Shown here in pieces: positions 9,383 to 18,247 of a stretch of 64,000 nt of DNA. The notes beneath the pieces were generated by a model. The model ran no database searches and was not told where the DNA came from. It saw only the letters and a list, made by a program, of their open reading frames with translations. Numbering within the stretch: position 1 is the first letter of the stretch; each line of letters starts with the position of its first letter. Position numbers and translations under genes: made by a program. The DNA is taken from positions 64,001-128,000 of the forward strand of contig JBKAGE010000082.1 of NCBI GenBank assembly GCA_046290225.1. Direction: 5' to 3'. Origin of the DNA: Bradymonadia bacterium. GTDB lineage: Bacteria; Myxococcota_A; Bradymonadia; UBA7976; UBA1532.

Positions 9383-9965
9383 GGCTGGCCCCAGCCAGGT
9401 CACAGCTGAGCCACAGCTGCGCCACGACCCTCAACTGCTCTGAAACCACACCAGCGGCTCGGTGATTCCCCAAGTGATCTAACCGACGTGATCGGCCTCC
9501 CCTCTTTTTGAGGCGCTGTTGATTTTTGTGAGACAGCACCTCCGCCCCACGGGTCGAAGATGCGCCTTCGGGGCGCAATCCACAGCCACTCAGAAAAGAC
9601 AACCAAAAAAGAATCCGTCCATGTAACGCGTGGCGCAGAGGGGGCGTAAACCCCACCGCAAAGGGACATCGGGTTTCAAAAATTAAGCGACGGTCAACGC
9701 CTTGCGTGCTCTGTGACACCCGTGACGAGGGGATTCGACATAGGAAAATGCCTACAGGTACGCCCGATACGTACTTTTTCGGACAGAAAGTTGCGTCGCA
9801 GGTTGACCCGGCCCCAGATGCTTGACGTATTGTCCGGCCCAAAATGAGCCCCTCGAAGGCAATTGCCAGAGGCAAACATCAACCGTTTCAACGATTTGAC
9901 TGTGTGAGCTGTCTGGTCACCGGGTCCTCCGGTCGATCCAGACGTGTGTCCAGAAGGAGCGAAAC

Positions 9966-10664
9966 ATGAAGCGTGCTCTCCTCGCCGGCGCCTGCGCCTT
10001 GACCCTGGCCGGTGGCGCCTTTGCCGCCGACCACATCGATTCGCCCGCGGCGGTCAACGACCCCGCTGCCGACATCACTGATCTCTTCGCGTGGATGACC
10101 CCCGAGGCTGACAAGGTCAACCTCATCATGAACGTCACCCCCTTCGCCGGCGCTGACGCTGCGTTCTCCACCGCCACTCAGTACGTGTTCCACGTGAACA
10201 GCGCTGCGGGCTACGGCGAGACCCAGACCGAGACCAACGTCATCTGTCAGTTCTACGCCGAGAACGCCATCGAGTGCTGGGCCAACGGTGAGTACGTCAT
10301 CGGTGATCCTTCCGATCCCGCGGGCATCACCAGCGAGAGCGGCGGCCTGAAGGTCTTCGCCGGTCTGCGCAACGATCCTTTCTTCATGGAGTTCGCCGGC
10401 TTCACCCAGACGGTGGAGACCGTCATCGGCGCCGCCGGTGATCTGGCCTTCGACGCCGCGGGCTGCCCCGCTGTCGACGAGGCCACCTCCGCTGCCCTCG
10501 TAGGCCTGCTGCAGGGTGTGGGCACCGAGGCCGGGATGGCCACGGACACCTTCGCCGGCGCAAACGTCCTTTCTCTTGTGGTCCAGGTCGACAAGACCCT
10601 GGTGAACGGTGGCGGCCCCATCCTCGGGATCTGGGGCAGCACTCACAGCGCGCCCGCCCCCTGA
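9966..10664 (+). CDS. DUF4331 family protein (N-terminal half), secreted
   Basis: AAGGAG RBS, signal peptide, ADHIDSP..DITDLFAW, GLRNDPFF, DTFAGANVLSLVVQV. Confidence 0.85.
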   Translation: MKRALLAGACALTLAGGAFAADHIDSPAAVNDPAADITDLFAWMTPEADKVNLIMNVTPFAGADAAFSTATQYVFHVNSAAGYGETQTETNVICQFYAENAIECWANGEYVIGDPSDPAGITSESGGLKVFAGLRNDPFFMEFAGFTQTVETVIGAAGDLAFDAAGCPAVDEATSAALVGLLQGVGTEAGMATDTFAGANVLSLVVQVDKTLVNGGGPILGIWGSTHSAPAP

Positions 10665-10731
10665 AGGCGAGCGGTACAACCAGACTTTTTCGACTCTCAA
10701 ATCGACCGTGAGATTTCAGGAGATGCATAAA

Positions 10732-11772
10732 ATGAAGCGCTTGATGATGATGCTGGTGATCCCCAGCCTGTTCGCTCTGACTGCGTGTGATGATGACGAC
10801 GAGGGCGGCAGCGCCGCTGGTGGTGCCGGCGGCGAGGCCGGCATGGGCGGCGACGTCGGCGGTGCCGGCGGTGAGGCTGGCATGGGCGGCGACGTCGGTG
10901 GTGCCGGCGGTGAGGCCGGCATGGGCGGCGACGTCGGCGGTGCCGGCGGCGACGTCGGTGGTGCCGGTGGTATGGGCGGTATGATGGTCAGCGATGCCTG
11001 CATCGAGGCCTGCACCGTGCTCGCCGACTGCTCGGCGAACTCCGACGCCTGCCCGGGCATCACCCCCGAGACCCGGGACGGGTTCTACGACGCCTGCCTG
11101 CCCACCTGCGAGGCCAACCCTGCTCTGCGGGCCCTCGTGAACGGCGACGACTGCGACGGCACCGTCAACACCCTGCGCGGCCTCAACGAGGACTTCGACG
11201 CTGGCTGCCTGCCCGGTGCCGAGCCCCGCGGCGCCGACAACCCCCCCGAGCTGGGCACCCAGATCGACCGCAGCGGTCGTGCGGCCATCAGCACCGCCAC
11301 GATTTCGCCCTTCAACCCCGACGAGGCAGCCAAGGGCATGGCGAAGGACGCCTACAACGCCTCTGGTGATCCCAGCGCATGGGCCGAGGCCTTCGGCCCC
11401 GACATCGCCGGCAACCTCGCCATCCTCGACGCCCTCGACGGCACCTGCGGCAACCAGCTGATCGCCGGTGAGGAGCTGAACGCCGATCGTTACGCTGGCC
11501 TCACCGGTGTGCTCGCCGACGACCAGCTCTACGTGAACGCCGACAGCGGTGTCTGCGGTGTCTACCTCGGCCTCGAGGCCGAGGTGGTGGGCGCCATCCC
11601 CTCCGGCGACGGCGGCTGTGGTGGTCGTACCCCCAACGACGACGTCATCGACCGTAGCTACTCGGTCCTCGCCGCGGGCATCCTCACCGGTGTCGACGAC
11701 ACCATCACCGAGAACGACGTGCCCAACCCCGAAGGCTTCCCCTACCTCGCCGGGCCCACCGTCGCCGAGTAA
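10732..11772 (+). CDS. lipoprotein with Gly-rich linker, small Cys domain and DUF4331 C-terminal half
   Basis: Lipobox LTAC; QIDRSGRAAISTA, GGRTPNDDVID, FPYL motifs. Confidence 0.8.
   Translation: MKRLMMMLVIPSLFALTACDDDDEGGSAAGGAGGEAGMGGDVGGAGGEAGMGGDVGGAGGEAGMGGDVGGAGGDVGGAGGMGGMMVSDACIEACTVLADCSANSDACPGITPETRDGFYDACLPTCEANPALRALVNGDDCDGTVNTLRGLNEDFDAGCLPGAEPRGADNPPELGTQIDRSGRAAISTATISPFNPDEAAKGMAKDAYNASGDPSAWAEAFGPDIAGNLAILDALDGTCGNQLIAGEELNADRYAGLTGVLADDQLYVNADSGVCGVYLGLEAEVVGAIPSGDGGCGGRTPNDDVIDRSYSVLAAGILTGVDDTITENDVPNPEGFPYLAGPTVAE
10822..10960 (+). repeat. 39-nt coding tandem repeat (GGAGGEAGMGGDV x3 plus partial)
   Basis: Repeated ggtgccggcggYgaggcYggcatgggcggcgacgtcgg units visible in the DNA. 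Confidence 0.9.
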
Positions 11773-11785
11773 GAAGCCCCTTCGC

Positions 11786-11805
11786 CGAGCCTGATCTCGG
11801 GCTCG
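11786..11805 (+). terminator. stem-loop after DUF4331 pair
   Basis: cgagcctga-tc-tcgggctcg hairpin just after the stop codon; no U-tract. Confidence 0.35.
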
Positions 11806-11896
11806 ACGGCCTCTCCTCTCGAACGATGCGCTGTTTCTGGCGCATTGTTCTGTCACTCCATCTATGCTCGTCCACCCTGATCCCAGGAGTCGATCC

Positions 11897-13204
11897 ATGT
11901 CTGTTCGATTGGCCATCTCTGCATCTGTACGTCGCTCTCGACTCTGGTCCGCGTCGCTGATGTCGCTGTGTCTGTTGGGGTGTGGCGAGCGTGGCAGCGC
12001 CTCTGAGGGGGGAGCCGTCACAGGCTCCCCGGACAGCGCAACGCCTGGATCCTCCGACACACGGGCCCCCGACACACGGGCCCCCGACGCATCGAGCGCC
12101 CTCGGTGATCAGTCATTGCCTCTGGGCTTCGACGGGATCACGACGCCAGGGCAAACGGCAGCGAAGAACCTTGGCGCACAAATCGACGGGGTCGAAGGTC
12201 AGCTGACCCGCCAGCCCACGAGCCTGGCGCTCATGACACAGGTCATCGATCTGCGCCTGACCCGTACGCAGTTCCTGGGTACGTACAGCGACTTTGCCCG
12301 AGCCAAGGCCATCGCAGCAGAGGCGGTGAGGGTCCACGGTGAGCAAGGTCGGATCTTGATGGCTCGCGTCGACACGGCCCTGCACGCATTCGAGCAGGCT
12401 ACGGCAGCGCTGCAGGCCGCCGGGGCCATGCGACCGGAGCAGGCGGGCACTCTGGCCCTGGCCACGGGGGCTGATCTGGCCCCCCACCTCGCCGCCGCCC
12501 GTGCAGCGGTGCAGCAATCCCCCACGTACGGCAATTACACCCACCTCGCGGCGCTCCTCGCCGGCGCAGGGCGCTTCGACGAAGCCGACGCTGCATACCT
12601 CGACGCCTTGAAGGCCTATCGCGACGTGTCACCCTTCCCCGTGGCCTGGGTGGCCTTCCAGCGAGGGGTGATGTGGGGTGAGGCAGCTGATCGATCTGAT
12701 CGAGCCCTGGTGCTCTACCGGGAGGCAGTACGCCGCTTGCCGGGCTATGTAGTGGCCAACGTGCACCTCGCCGAGTTGGAGTCCGAGGTGGGCCTCACTG
12801 GCCTGGCCATCAAACGACTGCGCAACGTACTCGACACCGAGGATCCCGAGCCCGCGGGCCTGCTCGCGGAGCTGCTCCCTGAAGACGATGCCGAGCGTCG
12901 ACCCCTCATCGAGAAGGCCCGCTCGATGTACGAGGCCCTCTTCGAAGCCTACCCATTGGCCTTCGTCGATCACGGCGCCGAGTTCTTCATGGGGCCCGGC
13001 GCTGATCCCCAGCGGGCGCTGAGTCTCGCCAAGACCAACCTCGAGATCAGACAGAACGATCGCGCATGGCTGGTGGGCATCGAGGCGGCCCTCGCCGCGG
13101 GGGACACGACTCAAGCGTGCACCTGGGCCAAAGCAGCGGGAGATGGTCGGCCGAGTGTGCCGCTCAACGCCCTACGCACCAAGGTGCTCACCGACTGTCC
13201 CTGA
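11897..13204 (+). CDS. TPR-repeat lipoprotein
   Basis: AGGAG RBS, lipobox LLGC, TPR-like helices (LAGAGRFDEADAAY, ALVLYREAVRRLPGY); TPR genes commonly follow DUF4331 genes. Confidence 0.75.
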   Translation: MSVRLAISASVRRSRLWSASLMSLCLLGCGERGSASEGGAVTGSPDSATPGSSDTRAPDTRAPDASSALGDQSLPLGFDGITTPGQTAAKNLGAQIDGVEGQLTRQPTSLALMTQVIDLRLTRTQFLGTYSDFARAKAIAAEAVRVHGEQGRILMARVDTALHAFEQATAALQAAGAMRPEQAGTLALATGADLAPHLAAARAAVQQSPTYGNYTHLAALLAGAGRFDEADAAYLDALKAYRDVSPFPVAWVAFQRGVMWGEAADRSDRALVLYREAVRRLPGYVVANVHLAELESEVGLTGLAIKRLRNVLDTEDPEPAGLLAELLPEDDAERRPLIEKARSMYEALFEAYPLAFVDHGAEFFMGPGADPQRALSLAKTNLEIRQNDRAWLVGIEAALAAGDTTQACTWAKAAGDGRPSVPLNALRTKVLTDCP

Positions 13205-13236
13205 GCAATACTCAGCGCAGTACATGAACAGCCTGC

Positions 13237-13617
13237 TCAGTCTTCTGTGATGATCGGCCCCGTGGGTGGAGCCAGGATGGTGAGGGTGAGCGGCGCGCTC
13301 ACCCACTGACCACTGCGCATCACCAGATCACGCTGGCCAAAGCCGGCCGCCTCGGGGACCTCGATGAGCAGCTCGTCGTCGCTCCACGAGAGCACTGTCA
13401 CGGGCGCTCCACCGAGCCACAACCCGTCATCTGTGCCCTGAAGCCCGAACCGCAGCCCCAAAATGGTGATCTGGCCCCCGGGCAGGGCCATTTCGGGGCG
13501 GGCCTCTCGCAACACCGGGCGCGCGCCAGCCTCCGGGTCTACCCAGTCGTCACCGCAGCCCAGGGTGGCGAAGATCATCGCCGCGCTGATGGAAAGTGTC
13601 CGCCACATGAGCGCCAT
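13237..13617 (-). CDS. IPT/TIG domain lipoprotein
   Basis: Lipobox TLGC; PEMALPGGQITILGLRFG..VLSWSDDELLIEVP is an IPT/TIG pattern. Confidence 0.75.
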   Translation of the reverse strand: MALMWRTLSISAAMIFATLGCGDDWVDPEAGARPVLREARPEMALPGGQITILGLRFGLQGTDDGLWLGGAPVTVLSWSDDELLIEVPEAAGFGQRDLVMRSGQWVSAPLTLTILAPPTGPIITED

Positions 13618-13712
13618 ACTGCAGCAATCACCTGCTCTGGATCGAGCCCTTCGACGTGCGATATGTGGCACCTGAGCTGATCAACACGCCTCAGAGGTGC
13701 TAGCCTGCCTCC

Positions 13713-14408
13713 ATGCCGATGACCCTCACTGCGTTGTTGCTCGCCACAGCGTCTCTGATCGCTGGAGGCCGCTATGAAGGGGTGTGTGCCCAGGGACGCG
13801 TCTCGCTGCACCTCGGCACGGACGGCACAGCCCGTTACGGCGACGCAGAGTTCACATGGCAGCTCACTGACGATCAGCTCATGCTGAGATCGGCCGTCGG
13901 TGACACGCTCACTCTTCAAATCGGTGAAGGCCCTGCGGGCACCATCACGCTCTCGGGGCCGCCCTTTGAGCAGGTGTGGCTGACACCAGTTGCGCTGCCT
14001 GCAGAGCGGAGTATGGCAGGGCAGGCAGCGGAGGCCGTCGATGAGAAGCATCGGCCAACTGCCCTCATCAGTCACTGGCTTCACCGCGCCAGCGGGGGAT
14101 CAGTGACGCTGGAGTTGAACCCCTCTGGACGCTTCCGCATGATCCAGAGGTTCCACTCGCCCGTGAAGGGCGCCGAGGGCCCACCGCGGACCACCACCGG
14201 TGACTGGTGGAGCGACGCGGCGGGCACAGAGCTGACGTTGGGCCCTGACGGCGGCCCGACTTTGAGATATCAGGTCAGCCGTCGAGCAAAGGTGCTCTCG
14301 ATCCGGGGTGGAGATCTCCCCACTCGAGTGACCTTCGAGCATATGGGCGACAAAGCGCCTGTGGGCAAGGGGCCGAAGATCGGGCCTGCTGAGGAGAATG
14401 CGAGATGA
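13713..14408 (+). CDS. secreted hypothetical protein (two beta-rich repeats)
   Basis: Hydrophobic N-terminus; LHLGTDGTARY and LELNPSGRFRM repeats; ATGA overlap with next gene. Confidence 0.65.
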   Translation: MPMTLTALLLATASLIAGGRYEGVCAQGRVSLHLGTDGTARYGDAEFTWQLTDDQLMLRSAVGDTLTLQIGEGPAGTITLSGPPFEQVWLTPVALPAERSMAGQAAEAVDEKHRPTALISHWLHRASGGSVTLELNPSGRFRMIQRFHSPVKGAEGPPRTTTGDWWSDAAGTELTLGPDGGPTLRYQVSRRAKVLSIRGGDLPTRVTFEHMGDKAPVGKGPKIGPAEENAR

Positions 14409-17113
14409 TCGCGTCGTGGAAGCTGTGGTGTGGGCTGTCGCTGTGGGCCATCACCGGCTGCGCAGGCAGCGTCGAAGAGAGCGATGGTGGCGCCGGTGAA
14501 GGCGGCGCTGGAGCCATGATGGGCGGCGCCGGCGGCGTCGGTGCCATGGGGGGAGGCGTGGGCGGTACCGGTGCCGGGACCGGCGGCGGTGCCCCTGGCG
14601 GGCAAGGCGGCGGTGGCATCGGCCCCTCGGACAATGGCCGGCCCAAGCTCAAGCGGATCGGCGATCGCGATGCCCCAGTGGGCGTCGAGTTGATGATTCA
14701 GCTCGACGCCACTGATCCGGACAATGACGCGCTCTTCTTCAACGTGCGCTCCTCTCTCCCTGACGGCGCCAAGTTCATCAAGGAGATCGGACAGTTCACC
14801 TGGACCCCCCCGGATGACGCCGAAGGGTCCCGGGCCCTGGTCACCTTCGAGGTGAGCGACGGCGAGCTGAAAGACCAGGAAACGATCCAAATCAGGGTGC
14901 TCGCCGCCGGTGAAGACGTGAACCGACCACCAGAGTTCGAGGTGATCGGCGATCAGGTGCTCGAGGGGGGTCGTCCCTTCGAATTGCAACTCGAAGCCAC
15001 AGACCGCAACGGCGACACTCTGACCTACAGCATCTCGGGCATGGGCCCCGAAGGCTCCACCCTCGACGCGGCCTCGGGTCTGTTCCAGTGGACCCCACCC
15101 GTGGAGCTCGTCGGCCAGCAGGTACCCATCACCTTCGAAGCGAGCGACGGAGAAGCAAGCGCTCAGCTCGCCGTGAACCTGGTCGTCACCGACGGCTCTG
15201 GCGGCAATCAGAACCTGCCCCCCCGCATCACCCCCATCGACGACGTCGAGGTGGGTGTGGGTGACACGGTCCGCGTGCAGGTCACTGCTGAAGACAACAA
15301 CCCGGCCTCGTTGCGTTACAGCATGCGCCTGGGGCCCGACGGGGCGAGCTTCGACGAGAACGAGGCGGTCTTCACCTGGACCCCGGGCCCCGACGACATC
15401 GATCAATCCCACCGCGCGGTGTTCCAGGTGAGCGATGGCGAGTTCACGGTGATCGAGTCGATGTCGATCAACGTCGTCGCAGGTGGCCCTGCTCCCATGT
15501 GCCAGCCCGATGGCGTCGCTCCGGACGCCTTGACCCCCCTGGTGCCTGATCAGCTCGTGGATGATCGCAGCATCTGCCCTGCAGGCAATGTGGACGAGTT
15601 CAACTTCAATCTGAACGAGGGCGACGCCTTCACCCTCACCCTCGACTTCGATCACGATCGAGGCGATCTAGACCTCTATGTCACGGGGCCTGACGGGTTC
15701 ACGCTCAACTCCCTCGAAGCAGAGGCCCCCGAGCGGGTGGTGGGTGTCGCGCCAGCGGCAGGCATGTACGTGGCCTCGGTGACCCCCTACCCCGCCATGA
15801 CCGGGAGCAACCCGGACTACAGCCTCGCCCTCGTCGTCGGCGAGCAGGCCATGTGCAACGACGACATGTTCGAGGCGGGCAACGGCAACGACGAACCAGA
15901 CGATGCCACACCTCTGGCCGATGCCATCGGGGAGCAGCTGCACATCTGCGTGGGCGACCGCGACCACTATCAGACGCAGCTCACCCTCGGTCAGTCGGCC
16001 ACCTTCAGGGCCTTCTTCACCGACGAAGACGGCGACATCGACATGGCGGTCCGCAGCCCCAGCGGTCAGCTCTATCGAGGCAACTCGTCCACCGACGACG
16101 AAGAGGTGGTGATTCCTCTGGTCCCCGAGACCGGCCGATATGTGCTTGAGGTCTATGGATTCGGCAACGCTGAGAACAGCTACCGCCTGGACCTGGAGAC
16201 TGTAGATCCGCCCCCCTGTGATGCCGATCGCCTCGAGCCCAACGACAATTTCAATGCTGCCGAGACGCTCCGGCCCGAGGTCTACAACCGCCTGACGTGG
16301 TGTGCCGACGACGACTGGTACCGCACCCAGGTCAACGCCGGCTCCATCCTGTCGGTCTGGATCAGCTACACAGGAGATCAGGCACCCCGGATGGTCTCCT
16401 ACCGAGCCGAGAACATGGTCATGGGCCAGTCGTACGAGGTGGCCAACGGCCCCGAGTGCGGCAACCTCGATCGCGACGGCTGCCGCCGCCTGCGGGTGAC
16501 GGTGCAAGAGGACACGTTGGTGCACTACCGCGTCACCGACGGCGCTGTGGGCATGGATTACGATCTCCGCGTGCGCGTGGAAGACGCCGGCCAGGCCAGC
16601 TGCGCGATGCCACAGGACTGCCCTGATCCCAACACGGTGTGCGACTTCGACGCCCGCCAGTGCGTACCCGCGGTGTGCAACGCCAACGGCGACGGCTGCC
16701 CCGACGGCTACATGTGCCACCAGCGCTGGTGCGTGGAGGGTTGCGCCGCAGGCAACCTGCGTCGGTGTGATCGGGCGGACTTCGAGTGCAAAGAGCTCAA
16801 CGGTGAGGCTCTCTGTGGCTATGTGCAGGTCGACGCCGCCGTGGGCGCGTCGTGCAATGACTTCACCGACTGTGGTGACGATCTCGACTGCCTCGCCGAC
16901 TTCGACGTGCCTGGCGGCTACTGCTCCCGTCAGTGCACCGCCCGAGCAGAGTGCGGCGACGGGGCGTGCGCGGCCTTCGACGACGGTGACTGGTGCGGCA
17001 AGACCTGTCAGAACCAGGGCGACTGCCGCAACAACTACACCTGTGAGCAGCGGGCCACCCCTGAAGGCGGTCAGGTGCGCATCTGCGTGCCCCAGGTCTT
17101 CGACACCAAGTGA
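14405..17113 (+). CDS. surface lipoprotein with 3 Ig/cadherin-like repeats, PPC-like domains and Cys-rich C-terminus
   Basis: Lipobox ITGC; three ATDxD..LP.GA.F..FTWTP..VSDG repeats; DLDLYVTGPDG and DIDMAVRSPSG PPC-like motifs; EPND; Cys-rich tail. Confidence 0.85.
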   Translation: MIASWKLWCGLSLWAITGCAGSVEESDGGAGEGGAGAMMGGAGGVGAMGGGVGGTGAGTGGGAPGGQGGGGIGPSDNGRPKLKRIGDRDAPVGVELMIQLDATDPDNDALFFNVRSSLPDGAKFIKEIGQFTWTPPDDAEGSRALVTFEVSDGELKDQETIQIRVLAAGEDVNRPPEFEVIGDQVLEGGRPFELQLEATDRNGDTLTYSISGMGPEGSTLDAASGLFQWTPPVELVGQQVPITFEASDGEASAQLAVNLVVTDGSGGNQNLPPRITPIDDVEVGVGDTVRVQVTAEDNNPASLRYSMRLGPDGASFDENEAVFTWTPGPDDIDQSHRAVFQVSDGEFTVIESMSINVVAGGPAPMCQPDGVAPDALTPLVPDQLVDDRSICPAGNVDEFNFNLNEGDAFTLTLDFDHDRGDLDLYVTGPDGFTLNSLEAEAPERVVGVAPAAGMYVASVTPYPAMTGSNPDYSLALVVGEQAMCNDDMFEAGNGNDEPDDATPLADAIGEQLHICVGDRDHYQTQLTLGQSATFRAFFTDEDGDIDMAVRSPSGQLYRGNSSTDDEEVVIPLVPETGRYVLEVYGFGNAENSYRLDLETVDPPPCDADRLEPNDNFNAAETLRPEVYNRLTWCADDDWYRTQVNAGSILSVWISYTGDQAPRMVSYRAENMVMGQSYEVANGPECGNLDRDGCRRLRVTVQEDTLVHYRVTDGAVGMDYDLRVRVEDAGQASCAMPQDCPDPNTVCDFDARQCVPAVCNANGDGCPDGYMCHQRWCVEGCAAGNLRRCDRADFECKELNGEALCGYVQVDAAVGASCNDFTDCGDDLDCLADFDVPGGYCSRQCTARAECGDGACAAFDDGDWCGKTCQNQGDCRNNYTCEQRATPEGGQVRICVPQVFDTK

Positions 17114-18159
17114 CCACCTCTCTTTATGTGATCGTCGCGCCCGGCCTGGAGGCGGTGGTCGCCTCGGAGCTCGAAGCCCTGGGCTTCAGCGACATCGAGC
17201 CGGGCCGCGGTGGAGTGTCGTGCTCAGGTGACGCTGCGCGGGCCAACCTGCACTTGAGAGCCGCCACTCGAGTCATCGAGCGGGTGGCTCAGTTCAAAGC
17301 CACTCGCTTTGCAGATCTCACCCGAAAGGTGGCCAGGGTGGACTGGTCGCCCTATGGCGGGCTCACCCCACAAGCCACCTGTCGAAAGTCTCGTCTGTAC
17401 CACACCGGCGCCGTCGAAGAGGCTGTGGCCAAGGCCGTACCTCCAGGAGATGGCACCCTCATGGTGCGCATCGAGCGAGATGTGTGCACGTTGAGCGTCG
17501 ACACCTCTGGAGAGCGGCTGCATCGACGCGGCTGGCGCCTGGAGACAGGCCACGCTCCGCTGAGAGAGACCCTCGCCGCAGGCCTGCTCAGCCTTGCAGA
17601 CTGGTCTCCGAGCATACCGCTCTACGATCCGATGTGCGGCTCGGGCACTTTCTTGATCGAGGCCGCCACCTGGGCTGCCGGCCTGCCCGCAGGGCGTCTG
17701 CGCAGCTTCGCGAACAGCGCTGCAGCCGTAGGTGGTGAAGCACCTCCGTGTCCTGAAGAGCGACATGGATGGATCGCCGGCAGCGATCGCAGCGGACCGG
17801 CAATTCAAGCCGCTCGACGCAACGCCGAGCGAGCGGGCGTCGAAGGCTGGCTGACGATGGGCAACGGTGAGGTGGGCCGCATCACGCCTCCAGAGGGTGT
17901 GCCTCCAGGGTTGCTGATCTGCAACCCGCCCTATGGTCGACGCGTCGACGCGGCCCGACACACCATGGGGCGCCTGAAGCTGGCCCTGGAAGGCCCATTC
18001 GCCCCATGGCGGGCGGCGATCTTCGCCCCCCAGAAGCTGATGGCCGACGGGCAGGCCAAAGCCATGTGGGGTCGTAGCATCAGCGCTCGACACTCCATCG
18101 ACAACGGAGGACTGAAGACCGTGTTGCTGGTGTTGAATCAGCGCACTGACCCAGCTTGA
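17110..18159 (+). CDS. THUMP-domain RNA m2G methyltransferase (RlmL/UPF0020-like)
   Basis: APGLE, SVDTSGERLHRRGWR, APLRETLAA, DPMCGSGTFLIEAA, NPPYG. Confidence 0.9.
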   Translation: MTTSLYVIVAPGLEAVVASELEALGFSDIEPGRGGVSCSGDAARANLHLRAATRVIERVAQFKATRFADLTRKVARVDWSPYGGLTPQATCRKSRLYHTGAVEEAVAKAVPPGDGTLMVRIERDVCTLSVDTSGERLHRRGWRLETGHAPLRETLAAGLLSLADWSPSIPLYDPMCGSGTFLIEAATWAAGLPAGRLRSFANSAAAVGGEAPPCPEERHGWIAGSDRSGPAIQAARRNAERAGVEGWLTMGNGEVGRITPPEGVPPGLLICNPPYGRRVDAARHTMGRLKLALEGPFAPWRAAIFAPQKLMADGQAKAMWGRSISARHSIDNGGLKTVLLVLNQRTDPA

Positions 18160-18247
18160 ACCACCTGGGTGACCTCTACCCCACCTCTTTCTTTTTTTTC
18201 TTTTATTCCGTTTAAGGCTATCAGCATCCACAGCCCATGGATCAGCC

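Noticed and set aside
9264..9875. 204-aa N-terminal extension of TolQ in the ORF track
   Set aside because: Non-coding composition; TolQ similarity begins near Met 9263 and a promoter-like motif lies inside the extension
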